Source: Octopus vulgaris
Taxonomy: Eukaryota
Length of the DNA: 64,000 bases
Assembly: GCA_951406725.2 (NCBI GenBank)
Contig: OX597834.1
Span: 11,346,001 to 11,410,000, forward strand
Direction of reading: 5' to 3'
Below the pieces are notes generated by a model. It saw only the letters and a program-made list of their open reading frames with translations, ran no database searches and had not been told where the DNA came from. Shown here in pieces: positions 63,956-64,000 of this stretch. A program made the position numbers and the translations under genes. Each line of letters begins with the position of its first letter. The stretch's first letter is position 1.

Positions 63956-64000
63956 CTGCAAAAGAGAAACGGAAAAAAACAAACAAACAAAAAAATAGAA

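Noticed and set aside
63679-63990. Alternative 103-aa ORF overlapping the receptor exon
   Set aside because: No recognisable motif; the other frame matches the kainate tail. The N-termini of both listed ORFs are intronic polypyrimidine tract.

Overview
AT-rich eukaryotic DNA, dense in repeats. The SINE families and the (TA)n/(TATG)n load suggest a coleoid cephalopod, probably Octopus (inference). Almost every ORF in the supplied track is a microsatellite or SINE artefact. The only convincing host coding sequence is a minus-strand terminal exon at the right edge (63656-63955), which encodes the cytoplasmic tail of a kainate-type ionotropic glutamate receptor; the gene continues beyond the window. 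The rest comprises three tRNA-headed SINE families (about 35 copies), non-autonomous Helitrons, GG-ended MITE/foldback elements with 8-bp TSDs, decayed maT (DD37D) and mariner transposons, 3' fragments of RTE, RTE-X and CR1 LINEs, a nest of R4/Dong fragments in (AAT)n, and a 17 x 73-bp minisatellite. The most interesting signal is a set of hammerhead-ribozyme-bearing, Penelope-like non-coding elements: (i) a 500-bp palindrome of two back-to-back tRNA-headed units, each ending in a minimal hammerhead (28072-28571); (ii) a hammerhead with all core nucleotides intact (37601-37651, minus strand); (iii) a possible hammerhead with its three strands in scrambled order (1071-1131); and (iv) further degenerate copies. 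All structures were read by eye and are untested.
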